A stretch of 64,000 nt of DNA from an uncultured Verrucomicrobiae bacterium (GTDB taxonomy: Bacteria > Verrucomicrobiota > Verrucomicrobiia > Limisphaerales > UBA11358): positions 1,232,418-1,296,417 of the forward strand of contig CAWDIX010000002.1 in NCBI GenBank assembly GCA_963802515.1. The letters run 5' to 3'. Below, in pieces: positions 48,278 to 57,770 of this stretch. Within the stretch, counting starts at the first letter, position 1, and every line of letters begins with the position of its first letter. The notes beneath the pieces are model-generated. The model was given only the letters and a program-made list of their open reading frames with translations. It ran no database searches and had not been told where the DNA came from. A program made the translations under genes and the position numbers.

Positions 48278-49630
48278 TCAGGCCGCGAGCATTTGTTCCC
48301 GCCTTGCCGCGTGCCGACCGAAATGCGGCAACGTCTTCAGCCGGCGTTTGAATTGGCCCCGGCGTTTATGGGTTTCCTCGGCGGAATAAAGTTGTTTCAC
48401 CAGTTTCAGAAAACCGCTTTGCAATTCGGCGACGCTCATGTTTTTCGGGCGGAAATTGATGTCGAACAGCGTGCACAGGTCCCAGGCCCGGTCGCGCAAG
48501 ATGCGGCCCTCGCGTTTCAGCCGCGCATAAAGCGGCGTGCCGGGGAAGGCGGTTTGAAACGTCACCTGCACTTCGTAAAGCCCGGAGTCGCGCACGAAAT
48601 GCAGCACGTCGTCAAACACGTCGCGCGTGTCACCGTCCAGGCCGAGGATGAAACAGCCGTTGACGGTGACGCCGTAAGATTGAATTTTCGCAATGGCGTC
48701 CCGGTAAAAATCCTGCTGGCGCAGTTTCCAGTTTGATTTCAGTTCCATACCGTAAAGGCTTGTACGGCAGGGACTTTCGAGCCCGATGAGGACCTGCTGG
48801 CAGCCGGAGTCGCGCATGAGGCCGAGCAATTCATCGTCGTCGGCCACGCGCACGTCAGCCTCGGTGAACCAGCGGAGCTTTTCCTCCGCCAGTTTGCGCA
48901 AAAGTTTTTTGTAGTGTTCGCGGTCGACAAAACTGTTGTCGTCGGCGAATTCGATGAACGGGCGCGGCCAGATTTTTTTGATCTCGCGGATTTCGGCGAT
49001 GACTTTGTCAACCGGCTTCACCTTGTAACGCGGCGTCAGCAGAATGGAACTGGCGCAAAATTCACAGCGATGCGGGCACCCGCGGCTGGTTTGCACGGTC
49101 AGGCGGTTATATTTGCCCGGGTCAAGCAGGTCGAAGCGCGGCATCGGCGCGCCGGCCAGATCGAATTCCTTCGACGGCGTGTAGATTGGCTTGAGCGCGC
49201 CGCAGTCGAAATCGGCGAGGATTTCCGGCCAGAGCGGCTCGCCTTCGCCGATGACGACGCTGGTACAATGTCCCTTCGCCTCCTCGGGCAGCGAGCCGAC
49301 GGTGATACCGCCCATGACGACCGGGATGCTTCTGGCGCGGTAAAAATCGGCGACATCGTATGCCTCGTTGAGCTGCGCGGTGAACGTGCTGATAGCGACG
49401 AGATCAAAATCGGTTGGGAGTTCCGGCAATTTCTTCAGATCCGCGATTTCATGATAGTCCACGTCATATTTTTTTGGCGTGAGGCCGGCGAGGGTGAGCA
49501 GGCCCAGGCTGGGCAGCGACGCGATAATTTTGTTGCGGTCCACGAAGCCGGGCAGGGTGAGACCGAGCCGGGTGAGTTCAGCGTTGTGCGCGCGCACACC
49601 GCTCATGGCGATGAAGCCGATGCGTTTCAT
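48278..49630 (-). CDS. B12-binding domain radical SAM protein
   Basis: PSLGLLTLA / VVMGG B12-binding region, TSRGCPHRCEFC, FADDN and FPGTPLY. Confidence 0.92.
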   Translation of the reverse strand: MKRIGFIAMSGVRAHNAELTRLGLTLPGFVDRNKIIASLPSLGLLTLAGLTPKKYDVDYHEIADLKKLPELPTDFDLVAISTFTAQLNEAYDVADFYRARSIPVVMGGITVGSLPEEAKGHCTSVVIGEGEPLWPEILADFDCGALKPIYTPSKEFDLAGAPMPRFDLLDPGKYNRLTVQTSRGCPHRCEFCASSILLTPRYKVKPVDKVIAEIREIKKIWPRPFIEFADDNSFVDREHYKKLLRKLAEEKLRWFTEADVRVADDDELLGLMRDSGCQQVLIGLESPCRTSLYGMELKSNWKLRQQDFYRDAIAKIQSYGVTVNGCFILGLDGDTRDVFDDVLHFVRDSGLYEVQVTFQTAFPGTPLYARLKREGRILRDRAWDLCTLFDINFRPKNMSVAELQSGFLKLVKQLYSAEETHKRRGQFKRRLKTLPHFGRHAARREQMLAA

Positions 49631-50085
49631 TGGGAGTTGAGAGTTGATGGTTGAGAGTTGAGAGGAAAACTTGCGGCATTTGCCGCTCCGACATTTTTGG
49701 TTTCATGAAATAAAAGCGCCACCACCAGCGCACCGCCCAAAATCAAACTGATGACCGGCACGGCGAAAATCAGGCGCGTCTTCGGAAAATGCGCCATGAC
49801 CCCGCAGCAAGCCGGCATGGTGATGGCGCCGGCGATGAACGCCCACGAGGCGATGCCGACGGCGGGGCCGGCCAGCCCCAAATTTTGAGTTGTCAGGTAA
49901 AACAGCAGGTTGACCACGCCCAGACCGAAGAACGAAATGTGGCCGAGCCGGTACATCCGGCGTTTGAAGCTGCCGTAACCGCCGAGCCAGTCCTCCCGGT
50001 GGAAGAACAAGCCGAGCAACATGCCGGACACGAAACCGAGAAGCATCCAAAACCACGCCAGAAATAAATTTGGATTAAAATTCAT
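49627..50085 (-). CDS. Hypothetical 4-TM protein coupled to the radical SAM gene
   Basis: WLGGYGSFKRRMYRLGHISFFGLG; 4-nt overlap with the next gene. Confidence 0.8.
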   Translation of the reverse strand: MNFNPNLFLAWFWMLLGFVSGMLLGLFFHREDWLGGYGSFKRRMYRLGHISFFGLGVVNLLFYLTTQNLGLAGPAVGIASWAFIAGAITMPACCGVMAHFPKTRLIFAVPVISLILGGALVVALLFHETKNVGAANAASFPLNSQPSTLNSQ

Positions 50086-50121
50086 TTGATTATCTTAAGT
50101 TCGTTGCGGCACACTTATGTC

Positions 50122-50532
50122 ATGAACCCCGTCAAAGAAAAGTACTATCGGAGTCTGTTCACCATCGCCGCCTTTTACGACCTGCTGCTCGGCCTCACGT
50201 TCACCTTTTTCCCGGCGCGAGCCTTTGCCGCGCTGGGCATCAGCGAAAAGCTTCCAGCGTTCGGCGGTTATATCACGTTGCTCGGCGCGTTTGTGCTGGT
50301 CACCGGTATCGCCTACGGATTGATTTCGCGCGGCGACCTGCGGTACAACGCGGATTTGATCCTCGTCGGCACGTTGTACAAACTGGCCTACGCGGCGACG
50401 GCATTTTATTATTGGGCGGCGGGCAGCCTTCCGCACGTCATCTTCGTCGCCCTGTTTGGCTTGGCCGACGCGGTCTTTTTCATATTGATGGCGGAATGCT
50501 ATTGGTTCTTGATGAAGGAGAGCCGGCATTGA
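50122..50532 (+). CDS. Hypothetical 4-TM protein
   Basis: Hydrophobic ORF, divergent from the radical SAM operon. Confidence 0.7.
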   Translation: MNPVKEKYYRSLFTIAAFYDLLLGLTFTFFPARAFAALGISEKLPAFGGYITLLGAFVLVTGIAYGLISRGDLRYNADLILVGTLYKLAYAATAFYYWAAGSLPHVIFVALFGLADAVFFILMAECYWFLMKESRH

Positions 50533-50661
50533 AGCCGCCCACCGGTGTGCTTCCGCCGGGGGAGTGAGGGTGGGAGATTTTTGTGCGGCGAACTTTTTTA
50601 TTTCGGGCTGGGCCGTCATGGGAGCTGCAGGATCGCGGGTCATCGCTAGAGATTGGGCGAT

Positions 50662-51027
50662 TCACATGTTCGTTTGGAGCTTCCTTCGGGAGAGCCAACT
50701 CAGGAAAAACAGAATGCCCCCGAGAAACAAGGGCCCGGATATGCACAGGTATGCCGACCAATGGAACCGGCCATGGAACGCGAACAGGTAAAACGCCCCC
50801 AGACCGATGAGCAGGATTCCTCCCACCCGTTCCCAACGCCAGGCGATGGCCAGTACAATCAGCATGAGCCACGTTGGAATCAGATGTATCAGCAGCGCCA
50901 GCATCGTCTTCCAGAAGCCGTAGTCTGCCCCGAACACGTCGGCGGCAAAGATGCCCAAAAAGCCTGCAAACAAAAGGCACAAGATTCTGGGTGCCCAAAA
51001 CAGCAGTCGGTTCAGTGATGTATTCAT
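50662..51027 (-). CDS. Hypothetical 4-TM protein
   Basis: WAPRILCLLFAGFLGIFAADVF...HLIP...AWRWERVGG. Confidence 0.78.
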   Translation of the reverse strand: MNTSLNRLLFWAPRILCLLFAGFLGIFAADVFGADYGFWKTMLALLIHLIPTWLMLIVLAIAWRWERVGGILLIGLGAFYLFAFHGRFHWSAYLCISGPLFLGGILFFLSWLSRRKLQTNM

Positions 51028-51101
51028 AGGTAATCCGGATTGAACTCATGCGTTGTGGTTGATTGCATCGCGCAAAGAATATCGAATTTTGCCGTTGGCG
51101 C

Positions 51102-51142
51102 GTTAATTGATAAAACTTCGTCCAACATCGGCTGGTTCAATG
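51102..51142. promoter_or_regulatory. LysR-associated 41-bp motif, copy B
   Basis: GTTAATTGATAAAACTTCGTCCAACATCGGCTGGTTCAATG. Confidence 0.75.
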
Positions 51143-51273
51143 GACGTCTGCCAGGCAGGGCCCGCACCATCCGCACCGGACGACCTGCCACGGCTGCGCG
51201 ATTCCAGAGAGCACCAGGGTGGCGTGAACTGTGGTGACGGCTTCCGGGCCGAATTTTACGGCCGGCGTATAAA

Positions 51274-51864
51274 TCAATAAATGATTTGAAACAGTTTGAA
51301 CACGAACCAGCCGAGCACTGCGCCGGCCGGCAAATCCACGATGTAATGTTGTTTCGTGAAGAGACAGCTCAGCGCGATGAGCGCCGGGAAGGCGAACACC
51401 AACGGCCCGACGCTCGCGTACAAATGCAGCGCCGTGAGCGTAGCCACGGAGGTATGCATGCTGGGGAAACTGTTCGAACGCGCGTCGAAACTTTGAACAA
51501 AGGCGAGGAACCGTTCCGAACGGCCCTTTCCCGTCAAGCAGGTGCGCCACTCTGCCGGCGTCGCGACGGGAAGCAACAGAAAGAACACCATTTGAAATCC
51601 GAGGAGAAGCATGTAGCTGATGGCGACGTAAAGAAAATGACGCGGCGAGGTGACGGTCCAGTTGATGGCCACGATGACGGGGTAGTAGAGGAAACTGTAA
51701 ATCCACACCCAGCGCGGGCGATACGGAATGCGGTCGTCAATCGGCAGGCGGAATTCGCGCGGCTGTGCCACGTGATTTCGCTGGCACCAGAAATAGAACT
51801 GGTACACCCCCACGATGAGAAAGACGCTGATGACGAGTTGAATGACGCGATCGATGGTTTGCAT
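51274..51864 (-). CDS. PAP2-superfamily membrane phosphatase/phosphotransferase (AUR1/IPC-synthase-like)
   Basis: NSFPSMH and KQHYIVD motifs; multiple TM segments. Confidence 0.85.
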   Translation of the reverse strand: MQTIDRVIQLVISVFLIVGVYQFYFWCQRNHVAQPREFRLPIDDRIPYRPRWVWIYSFLYYPVIVAINWTVTSPRHFLYVAISYMLLLGFQMVFFLLLPVATPAEWRTCLTGKGRSERFLAFVQSFDARSNSFPSMHTSVATLTALHLYASVGPLVFAFPALIALSCLFTKQHYIVDLPAGAVLGWFVFKLFQIIY

Positions 51865-51967
51865 GGATGATGGCGTTTAACAATTATGACCCGGCAGATT
51901 ATTCATTGAGGTTCCGTCTGGCAATAGATGTTCACCCGAAATTATTATCCGGACTTGCTTGTTAAGC

Positions 51968-52008
51968 GTTAATTGATAAAACTCTACTGAACATCGGCTG
52001 GCTCAATG
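51968..52008. promoter_or_regulatory. LysR-associated 41-bp motif, copy C (overlaps the lysR ATG)
   Basis: GTTAATTGATAAAACTCTACTGAACATCGGCTGGCTCAATG; contains the T-N11-A dyad CATCG-N7-CAATG. Confidence 0.75.
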
Positions 52009-52878
52009 AACATTCATCATCTCGAGCTGTTTTATTACGTCGCCAAACACGGTGGCATCATGCCGGCGGTGCGGAACATTCCCTACGGCATCCAACAACC
52101 GGCGGTGAGCGCGCAAGTGGCACAGCTCGAAGAATTTCTCGGCGTGACGCTGTTTCAGCGGCGGCCTTTCGCCCTGACGCCGGCGGGCGAAAAACTATAC
52201 GGATTCATCCAGCCGTTTTTTTCGAACCTCGACAAAATCGCCGGCGAATTTCAGGGCGGTCAGGCGCGGCACGCCCGCATCGGGGCCTCGACCATTATTC
52301 TGCGTGATCACGTGCCGGGCCTGCTTCAGGGAGTGCAGAAGAAATACCCCGGAATGAAGGTGACGCTGCGCGAAGGTTATCCGGCGCATCTGGAGGAGTT
52401 GTTGCAGAAGGAGGAGATTGATCTGGCCGTCACGCTCATCGAGAAGACGTCCGCGCCGGGCATGCATTCGCTGGCGTTGCTGGAATTGCCGCTGGTGTTG
52501 CTGGTGGAAGCGGGCAGCGCGGTCACTTCGGCGGAGCAGTTGTGGAAGCGCGACAAGATTGACGAGCGGTTGATCTGCCTGCCGCCGGGCGCTCCGATCA
52601 GCAAGCATTTCCAGCAAAAACTCGGCGAACTCGGCGTGGACTGGTTTCCGGGCATTGAGGCGAGTTCGGTGGACCTGGTGGAAGTGTATGTCGCGCGCGG
52701 GCTGGGAATCGGCGTATCGGTGGCGATTCCAAAGAAAGCGCTGCCGGCCAACGTACGCGCTCTGCCGTTGCGCGGGTTTCCGCCGGTGGTGATTGGCGCG
52801 ATGTGGCGCGGGCGCACGACGCCATTGCTGCAGACATTTCTGGAGGAGATGAAATTGCGCGCGAAGCAACTGGCGTGA
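52006..52878 (+). CDS. LysR-family transcriptional regulator
   Basis: QQPAVSAQVAQLEEFLGVTLFQR..LTPAG HTH; substrate-binding domain. Confidence 0.93.
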   Translation: MNIHHLELFYYVAKHGGIMPAVRNIPYGIQQPAVSAQVAQLEEFLGVTLFQRRPFALTPAGEKLYGFIQPFFSNLDKIAGEFQGGQARHARIGASTIILRDHVPGLLQGVQKKYPGMKVTLREGYPAHLEELLQKEEIDLAVTLIEKTSAPGMHSLALLELPLVLLVEAGSAVTSAEQLWKRDKIDERLICLPPGAPISKHFQQKLGELGVDWFPGIEASSVDLVEVYVARGLGIGVSVAIPKKALPANVRALPLRGFPPVVIGAMWRGRTTPLLQTFLEEMKLRAKQLA

Positions 52879-52962
52879 GCGGCCACCGGTTGTTTTCAAG
52901 ACACGCGCGACTTGAGTTGGGACAAAAAGTGTTGGCGACGCGGGATTTTCAAGATAAAAGGC

Positions 52963-52979
52963 TTGGCGTGAGGGTTGCT
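52963..52979 (+). promoter_or_regulatory. Sigma-54 promoter of the pilM operon
   Basis: TTGGCGTGAGGGTTGCT (GG-N10-GC). Confidence 0.65.
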
Positions 52980-53042
52980 AAAATGCTGCGGGCAGTATGA
53001 ATTGCTGCTTGCAATAAAAAATCATCCGTATAACAAATTCGC

Positions 53043-54122
53043 ATGGCGTGGTCATTCCTAAAGGGTCTTTCGGGGAAAAAGCGGAGCCATATGATGGCCG
53101 CCGATTTGGGGAGTCGCACGACCAAGGCTGTTCTACTGGAACGGCGCGGCGAGGTTTTGGCCCTGACCCGCTACGCGCTCCTGGACGCGCCCATCTACGA
53201 CAAAAAAATGTCGCTGGAATTGCTGGCCGACCATTTGCGGCAGGTGTCCGAAGCGCTGGGCAATACGACCAAGTCCCTGACGCTAACTATGGGACTGGAC
53301 GATGTGATTGTGCGCCAGGTGGAATTGCCGCAGATTCCGATGGAAGAGATGCGACTGGTGTTGAAAAACAACGCGAAGGGTTATTTGCAGCAGGATTTGC
53401 CGAATCACGTCTTCGATTGCTACGTTTTTCCCCCAAAAGCGCCGGCCGGCAACAAGCCTGGGGAAGCGCCCAAGTCCGCCGGCATTCCCAAATTGAAAGT
53501 TCTGGTGGCGGCGGCAAAACAACAACTGGTTAGGGACCTTCAAGCTGCGGCAAAAAACGCCGGACTGTCACTGGACTACCTGGCACCCGGATTGATCAGT
53601 CCGGTGAACGCGTTTGAACAGGCGATGACGAAGGAGTTTGCCGATGAAGTTGTGGCGTTGGTGGATATCGGCTTCAAGCACAGTTCGATTTGCGTTTTGG
53701 ACCACGGGGAACTGGCCTTGACCCGCATGGTGAATATCGGCGGGGACAAGCTGACGGCGGGGCTGGCTGAGACAATGAACATCAGTTATGCCGAGGCTGA
53801 GGGCATCAAAGTAGGCATGGCGCCGGAAGTTCAGGCTGCGCTCGAAACGCAGGTTTCGCCCCTCGGTCGCGAATTGCGCGCGTCGCTCGACTTCTTTGAA
53901 CATCAGCAGGACCGTCCGGTGGCGCAGATTTTTGTCAGCGGCGGTTCAGCGCGATCGGAAATGATTTTGCAGATGTTGCATACGGAAATGCTGGCGGAGT
54001 GTAAAACTTGGAATCCGGCCGGCTTTCTGCAACTGGCGCTGCCAGGACAGCAGGCAGTGGACATTGAACATGTAGGATCGCAATTGGCGGTGGCAGTAGG
54101 TGCCGCGCTGACGGCCCTGTAA
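53043..54122 (+). CDS. pilM: PilM-like actin-fold assembly protein
   Basis: DLGSRTTK, VDIG, GGDKLT, ELRASLDFF and VSGGSA. Confidence 0.85.
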   Translation: MAWSFLKGLSGKKRSHMMAADLGSRTTKAVLLERRGEVLALTRYALLDAPIYDKKMSLELLADHLRQVSEALGNTTKSLTLTMGLDDVIVRQVELPQIPMEEMRLVLKNNAKGYLQQDLPNHVFDCYVFPPKAPAGNKPGEAPKSAGIPKLKVLVAAAKQQLVRDLQAAAKNAGLSLDYLAPGLISPVNAFEQAMTKEFADEVVALVDIGFKHSSICVLDHGELALTRMVNIGGDKLTAGLAETMNISYAEAEGIKVGMAPEVQAALETQVSPLGRELRASLDFFEHQQDRPVAQIFVSGGSARSEMILQMLHTEMLAECKTWNPAGFLQLALPGQQAVDIEHVGSQLAVAVGAALTAL

Positions 54123-54141
54123 TTGAAACAGGATAGGGATT

Positions 54142-54813
54142 ATGCCGATACGCATCAATTTGCTGGCGGAAGCACAGGTTGCCGAAGACCTGCGCCGACG
54201 CGACCCGGCCAAACGCGTCGTTTTTGCCGGCGCGCTTTTGGTAGCGGTGACTTTAGTCTGGAGCAGTTCACTCATGCTCAAGGAAATGCTGGCCAAAAAG
54301 GATCTGGCCATGGTGCAAAGTGAAATCCAGACCCGCACCAACGAATATGACCGGGTCCTGGTGGGTACGAAAAAAATTGCGGACGCCCAAAATAAAGTGG
54401 ACAGCTTGAAAAAATTAAGCACCGCGCGTTTTCTCCAAGGCAGTCTGTTGAATGCGTTGCAGCAGGTCACGGTGGCCGGTGTGCAGTTGACCCGATTGCG
54501 GGTGGATCAGTCATATTTCTCCACGGAAGGCACGAAATCGCTAACCAATCGTTTCGGTGTCGTCGCCGGACGCCCGGCGATAGTCACGGAAAAGGTTGTC
54601 GTCACGCTGGACGCCAGGGATTCCAGCGCCAACCCCGGAGATCAAGTGAACAAATTCAACGATGCCCTCGTTCAACAATCTTATTTTCAAGCCATGCTGG
54701 ACAAAACAAACGGTGTGCGGCTTGCCAGTCTTTCGGCGCCGCAGACAGGTCCGGATGGCAAGCCGTATGTGTTGTTCACTTTGGAATGTCGTTACCCCCC
54801 TCAAAGCCGATGA
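54142..54813 (+). CDS. pilN: PilN-like protein
   Basis: RINLL PilM-binding motif, TM helix and coiled coil. Confidence 0.75.
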   Translation: MPIRINLLAEAQVAEDLRRRDPAKRVVFAGALLVAVTLVWSSSLMLKEMLAKKDLAMVQSEIQTRTNEYDRVLVGTKKIADAQNKVDSLKKLSTARFLQGSLLNALQQVTVAGVQLTRLRVDQSYFSTEGTKSLTNRFGVVAGRPAIVTEKVVVTLDARDSSANPGDQVNKFNDALVQQSYFQAMLDKTNGVRLASLSAPQTGPDGKPYVLFTLECRYPPQSR

Positions 54814-55388
54814 ATATCTTTCCCAAAGACAAAGAAAAGCGGACCCAGTTCATCCTCGTGATTTTGGGCACGCTGGTGGTGCTGGGTTTGATCGGTTTTG
54901 CCTTGATTCGGCCGCAGTATCGAACCCTTGCGAGTATTGCTAAAACCGAGGGCGACGAGCAGGCCAAATTGCAGCAAATCAAGGACACCATCAAAAAGGC
55001 GGGGGACACAACCGCCCAGTTATCGAATGTCACTGCCAATCTTTCACTCGCGGAGGAGGACATGGCCTTCGGTGACAATTACGCCTGGACTTATGACACG
55101 ATCCGCAGATTCAAGGCGTCGTACCGGGTGGACATTCCCACCATCAGCCAGCCAACCCTGGGTGATATGGACTTGTTGCCACAGTTTCCTTTCAGGCAAA
55201 TCAGAGCGACCATCAACGGCACGGCTTATTACCACGACTTGGGAAAGTTCGTATCTGACTTTGAAAATACTTTCCCCCATATTCGCATCGTCAACCTCGC
55301 AATTGAACCCGTCAATACTGCAGAGCCGGGGAATGAAAAACTTTCTTTCAGGATGGACATCGTCGCCCTGGTGAAGCCGAACTCATGA
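54810..55388 (+). CDS. pilO: PilO-like protein
   Basis: TM helix, coiled coil and YHDLGKFVSDFEN motif. Confidence 0.75.
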   Translation: MNIFPKDKEKRTQFILVILGTLVVLGLIGFALIRPQYRTLASIAKTEGDEQAKLQQIKDTIKKAGDTTAQLSNVTANLSLAEEDMAFGDNYAWTYDTIRRFKASYRVDIPTISQPTLGDMDLLPQFPFRQIRATINGTAYYHDLGKFVSDFENTFPHIRIVNLAIEPVNTAEPGNEKLSFRMDIVALVKPNS

Positions 55389-55400
55389 TCGCTTTAACCC

Positions 55401-55862
55401 ATGAAACCGCTTAAACCATTTGAATCCAGGTTTTGGTTCCAAAAATTGACAGTCGTGTTGTTGTCGGCGACAGTTTTGCGGGTTTCGTTGCTGGTTGCGG
55501 CGCCCGCCAATCAATCACAGTCTGCAAAGACCAACTCGATCCGGTCGGTTTTCATTCTTCCGACAAACCCCCGGGAAGGCCGCGACCCATTTTTCCCCAA
55601 ATCCAATCGCCCCTTCGAAATGGCCCCGGCGGCCACCAACAACGTTCCTGAAGTAACCGCGTTGGTTGTGAAAGGCATTTCCGGCTCGTCCGATCACCGG
55701 TTGGTCATCATCAACAACCATACCTTTGCCGCCGGGGACACAGCGGATGTCATTACCGACCAGGGCCGGATTCGCGTTCATTGTATTGAAATCAAACCTC
55801 GCTCCGTGATAATTGAGGTCGGCGGCCAGTACCACGAACTGACTCTTACTGACAACCTATGA
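55401..55862 (+). CDS. PilP/GspC-like periplasmic protein
   Basis: GRDPFFP and VKGISG..RLVIINN; lies between pilO and the secretin. Confidence 0.65.
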   Translation: MKPLKPFESRFWFQKLTVVLLSATVLRVSLLVAAPANQSQSAKTNSIRSVFILPTNPREGRDPFFPKSNRPFEMAPAATNNVPEVTALVVKGISGSSDHRLVIINNHTFAAGDTADVITDQGRIRVHCIEIKPRSVIIEVGGQYHELTLTDNL

Positions 55863-55912
55863 CGTCCTGCGCCACATCTGCTCAAAAAGAAGACACGTCC
55901 AAGACATTAAAA

Positions 55913-55929
55913 TTGGCTTGGCAGTTGCT
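55913..55929 (+). promoter_or_regulatory. Sigma-54 promoter of the secretin gene
   Basis: TTGGCTTGGCAGTTGCT (GG-N10-GC). Confidence 0.6.
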
Positions 55930-55997
55930 AATCCTTTCACTCAAGTTCTAACGCAAAGAAAAAATTGGAGCTAACAAAGCCAAAACAAACAAACATT

Positions 55998-57713
55998 ATG
56001 AAAAAGTTAATAATCGCCGTTCTATTCGGTGGACTCGTTCTGAGGCAGACGGCCTTGTCCCAGACTAATGCTGATGGGACCAGCCAGGCGCCTCCGACTG
56101 AATCCGCCACCACCACGCCAACGGCTGCGGATGCCGGTATGGCCAACCCATCGCCGGCCCTGGCGGAAAGCAATGCGCCCGCCGGCAACGAAACCGCGGC
56201 TCCAACCGCGACCAATGCCCCGGCCGATATGACCGGCGAGCCATCAACCGGTTCTGCCACCAATGCGCCGGCAGTGCCGGTGGCGAGCATACCGCTCATC
56301 CAATTCCAAGACGTTCCCCTGACGACCGCCATCGAGAATCTGGCGCGGCAGGCTGGAATTAATTATTTGCTGGATCCCAAAATCGGTTATGGCCAGCCCG
56401 ACCAGAACGGGCAGATCAAAGCCGAGCCCACCCTCTCCATCCGCTGGGAGAACGTCACTGCCGAACAGGCCCTCCGGGCGTTGCTGGACAATTACGGCCT
56501 CCAATTGATTGAGGACAAGAACACCCATATTGCCCGCATCACCGTCAAGGATCCCTCGGCGCCGCCGCCGCTCATCACCCGTGTCGTTCAGCTCAAATAC
56601 TCGAGCGTCTCCAATATGACCGCAGCGGTGCAATCCGTATTCACCGACAAGCGCAGCAAAGTGTTGCCGGACTCGCGTACCAGCCAATTGGTCGTGGTTG
56701 CCACCGACCCGGAACAATCAGCGGTGGACACCCTGGTCACTCAATTGGACACCCCAACCCGCCAGGTCTTGATTGAAACCAAATTGGTTGAAATTTCGAG
56801 CAATCCCAACACCAAGAAAGGCATTGACTGGTCGGGCACGTTGTCGGCGCAACATGCCTCATTCGGCAACGCTTCACAATACATAGTGCCACCAACTCTT
56901 AACACGAGCAATAATACCATTATTCCGGGCTTGGTGGATGGTGTGCTTGGCAACCCGGCGGTCATTGCCGATACCAAAAGTGGTTTTGGCGATATCGGTT
57001 TCTTGAACGCTGACGGTGCGAACGCCGTGCTTTCGTTCCTGAATGCATCTTCAGAAGCGCAGGTCGTTTCCACGCCGCGGATCGTGACGCTGGACAACGA
57101 AGAAGCGACGATTTCTGTCACACGGGCCTTCCCGGTTATCAATGTCACCGCCAGCACCGCGAATACAACAGGCGGTTCCTCGGTGGGCTACACCAACGTT
57201 GGCACCGTTCTGAAAGTGACTCCCCGCATTTCGGCCAACGATTATATTTGGCTCAAAGTCATTCCCGACGTGTCCAGCTTTTTTGGGAAGGACACCGAAA
57301 CTGTCGGCGGTCAGATCTTTCAAGCCGACATATTTGACTTTCGCCATATTGAGACCCAGGTGCTTATTCCCAATGCCAATACGCTGGTCATGGGTGGCAT
57401 GGTCTCAGACAGCCCCAATTCTTCCTTTACCAAAGTGCCGTTCCTAGGTGACATCCCGGTTCTGGGATACGCCTTCCGGAGCGAAAACAAGTCGCTGAAC
57501 AAAGACAATCTATTGATCTTTATCACTCCGACGATCGTCAAGGACACCGATTTTCAGCCGTCGACGACCGGGTTCCTCAAGTCGCGTCCCACGACCATGA
57601 AACCCCCGCTGAATCCGAACAAGCCGTGGGACAGTGCTTCACCTTATGATTGGAGCAATCCCCAAAGCACGTCCCCCACTGAGAAAATCCTTGACCAACA
57701 ATCGATGCAATAG
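55998..57713 (+). CDS. Secretin (PilQ/GspD family)
   Basis: RQVLIETKLVE, GIDWS, STPRIVTLDNEEA, LKVTPRI, KVPFLGDIPVLG and LLIFITPTI. Confidence 0.92.
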   Translation: MKKLIIAVLFGGLVLRQTALSQTNADGTSQAPPTESATTTPTAADAGMANPSPALAESNAPAGNETAAPTATNAPADMTGEPSTGSATNAPAVPVASIPLIQFQDVPLTTAIENLARQAGINYLLDPKIGYGQPDQNGQIKAEPTLSIRWENVTAEQALRALLDNYGLQLIEDKNTHIARITVKDPSAPPPLITRVVQLKYSSVSNMTAAVQSVFTDKRSKVLPDSRTSQLVVVATDPEQSAVDTLVTQLDTPTRQVLIETKLVEISSNPNTKKGIDWSGTLSAQHASFGNASQYIVPPTLNTSNNTIIPGLVDGVLGNPAVIADTKSGFGDIGFLNADGANAVLSFLNASSEAQVVSTPRIVTLDNEEATISVTRAFPVINVTASTANTTGGSSVGYTNVGTVLKVTPRISANDYIWLKVIPDVSSFFGKDTETVGGQIFQADIFDFRHIETQVLIPNANTLVMGGMVSDSPNSSFTKVPFLGDIPVLGYAFRSENKSLNKDNLLIFITPTIVKDTDFQPSTTGFLKSRPTTMKPPLNPNKPWDSASPYDWSNPQSTSPTEKILDQQSMQ

Positions 57714-57736
57714 CATCGGTCGCGAGACTTGACATG

Positions 57737-57766
57737 ACGGCGCGTTCCCTCGAACGCGCCGTTTTT
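57737..57766 (+). terminator. Intrinsic terminator after the secretin
   Basis: ACGGCGCGTTC-CCTC-GAACGCGCCGT followed by TTTT. Confidence 0.8.
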
Positions 57767-57770
57767 CCTT

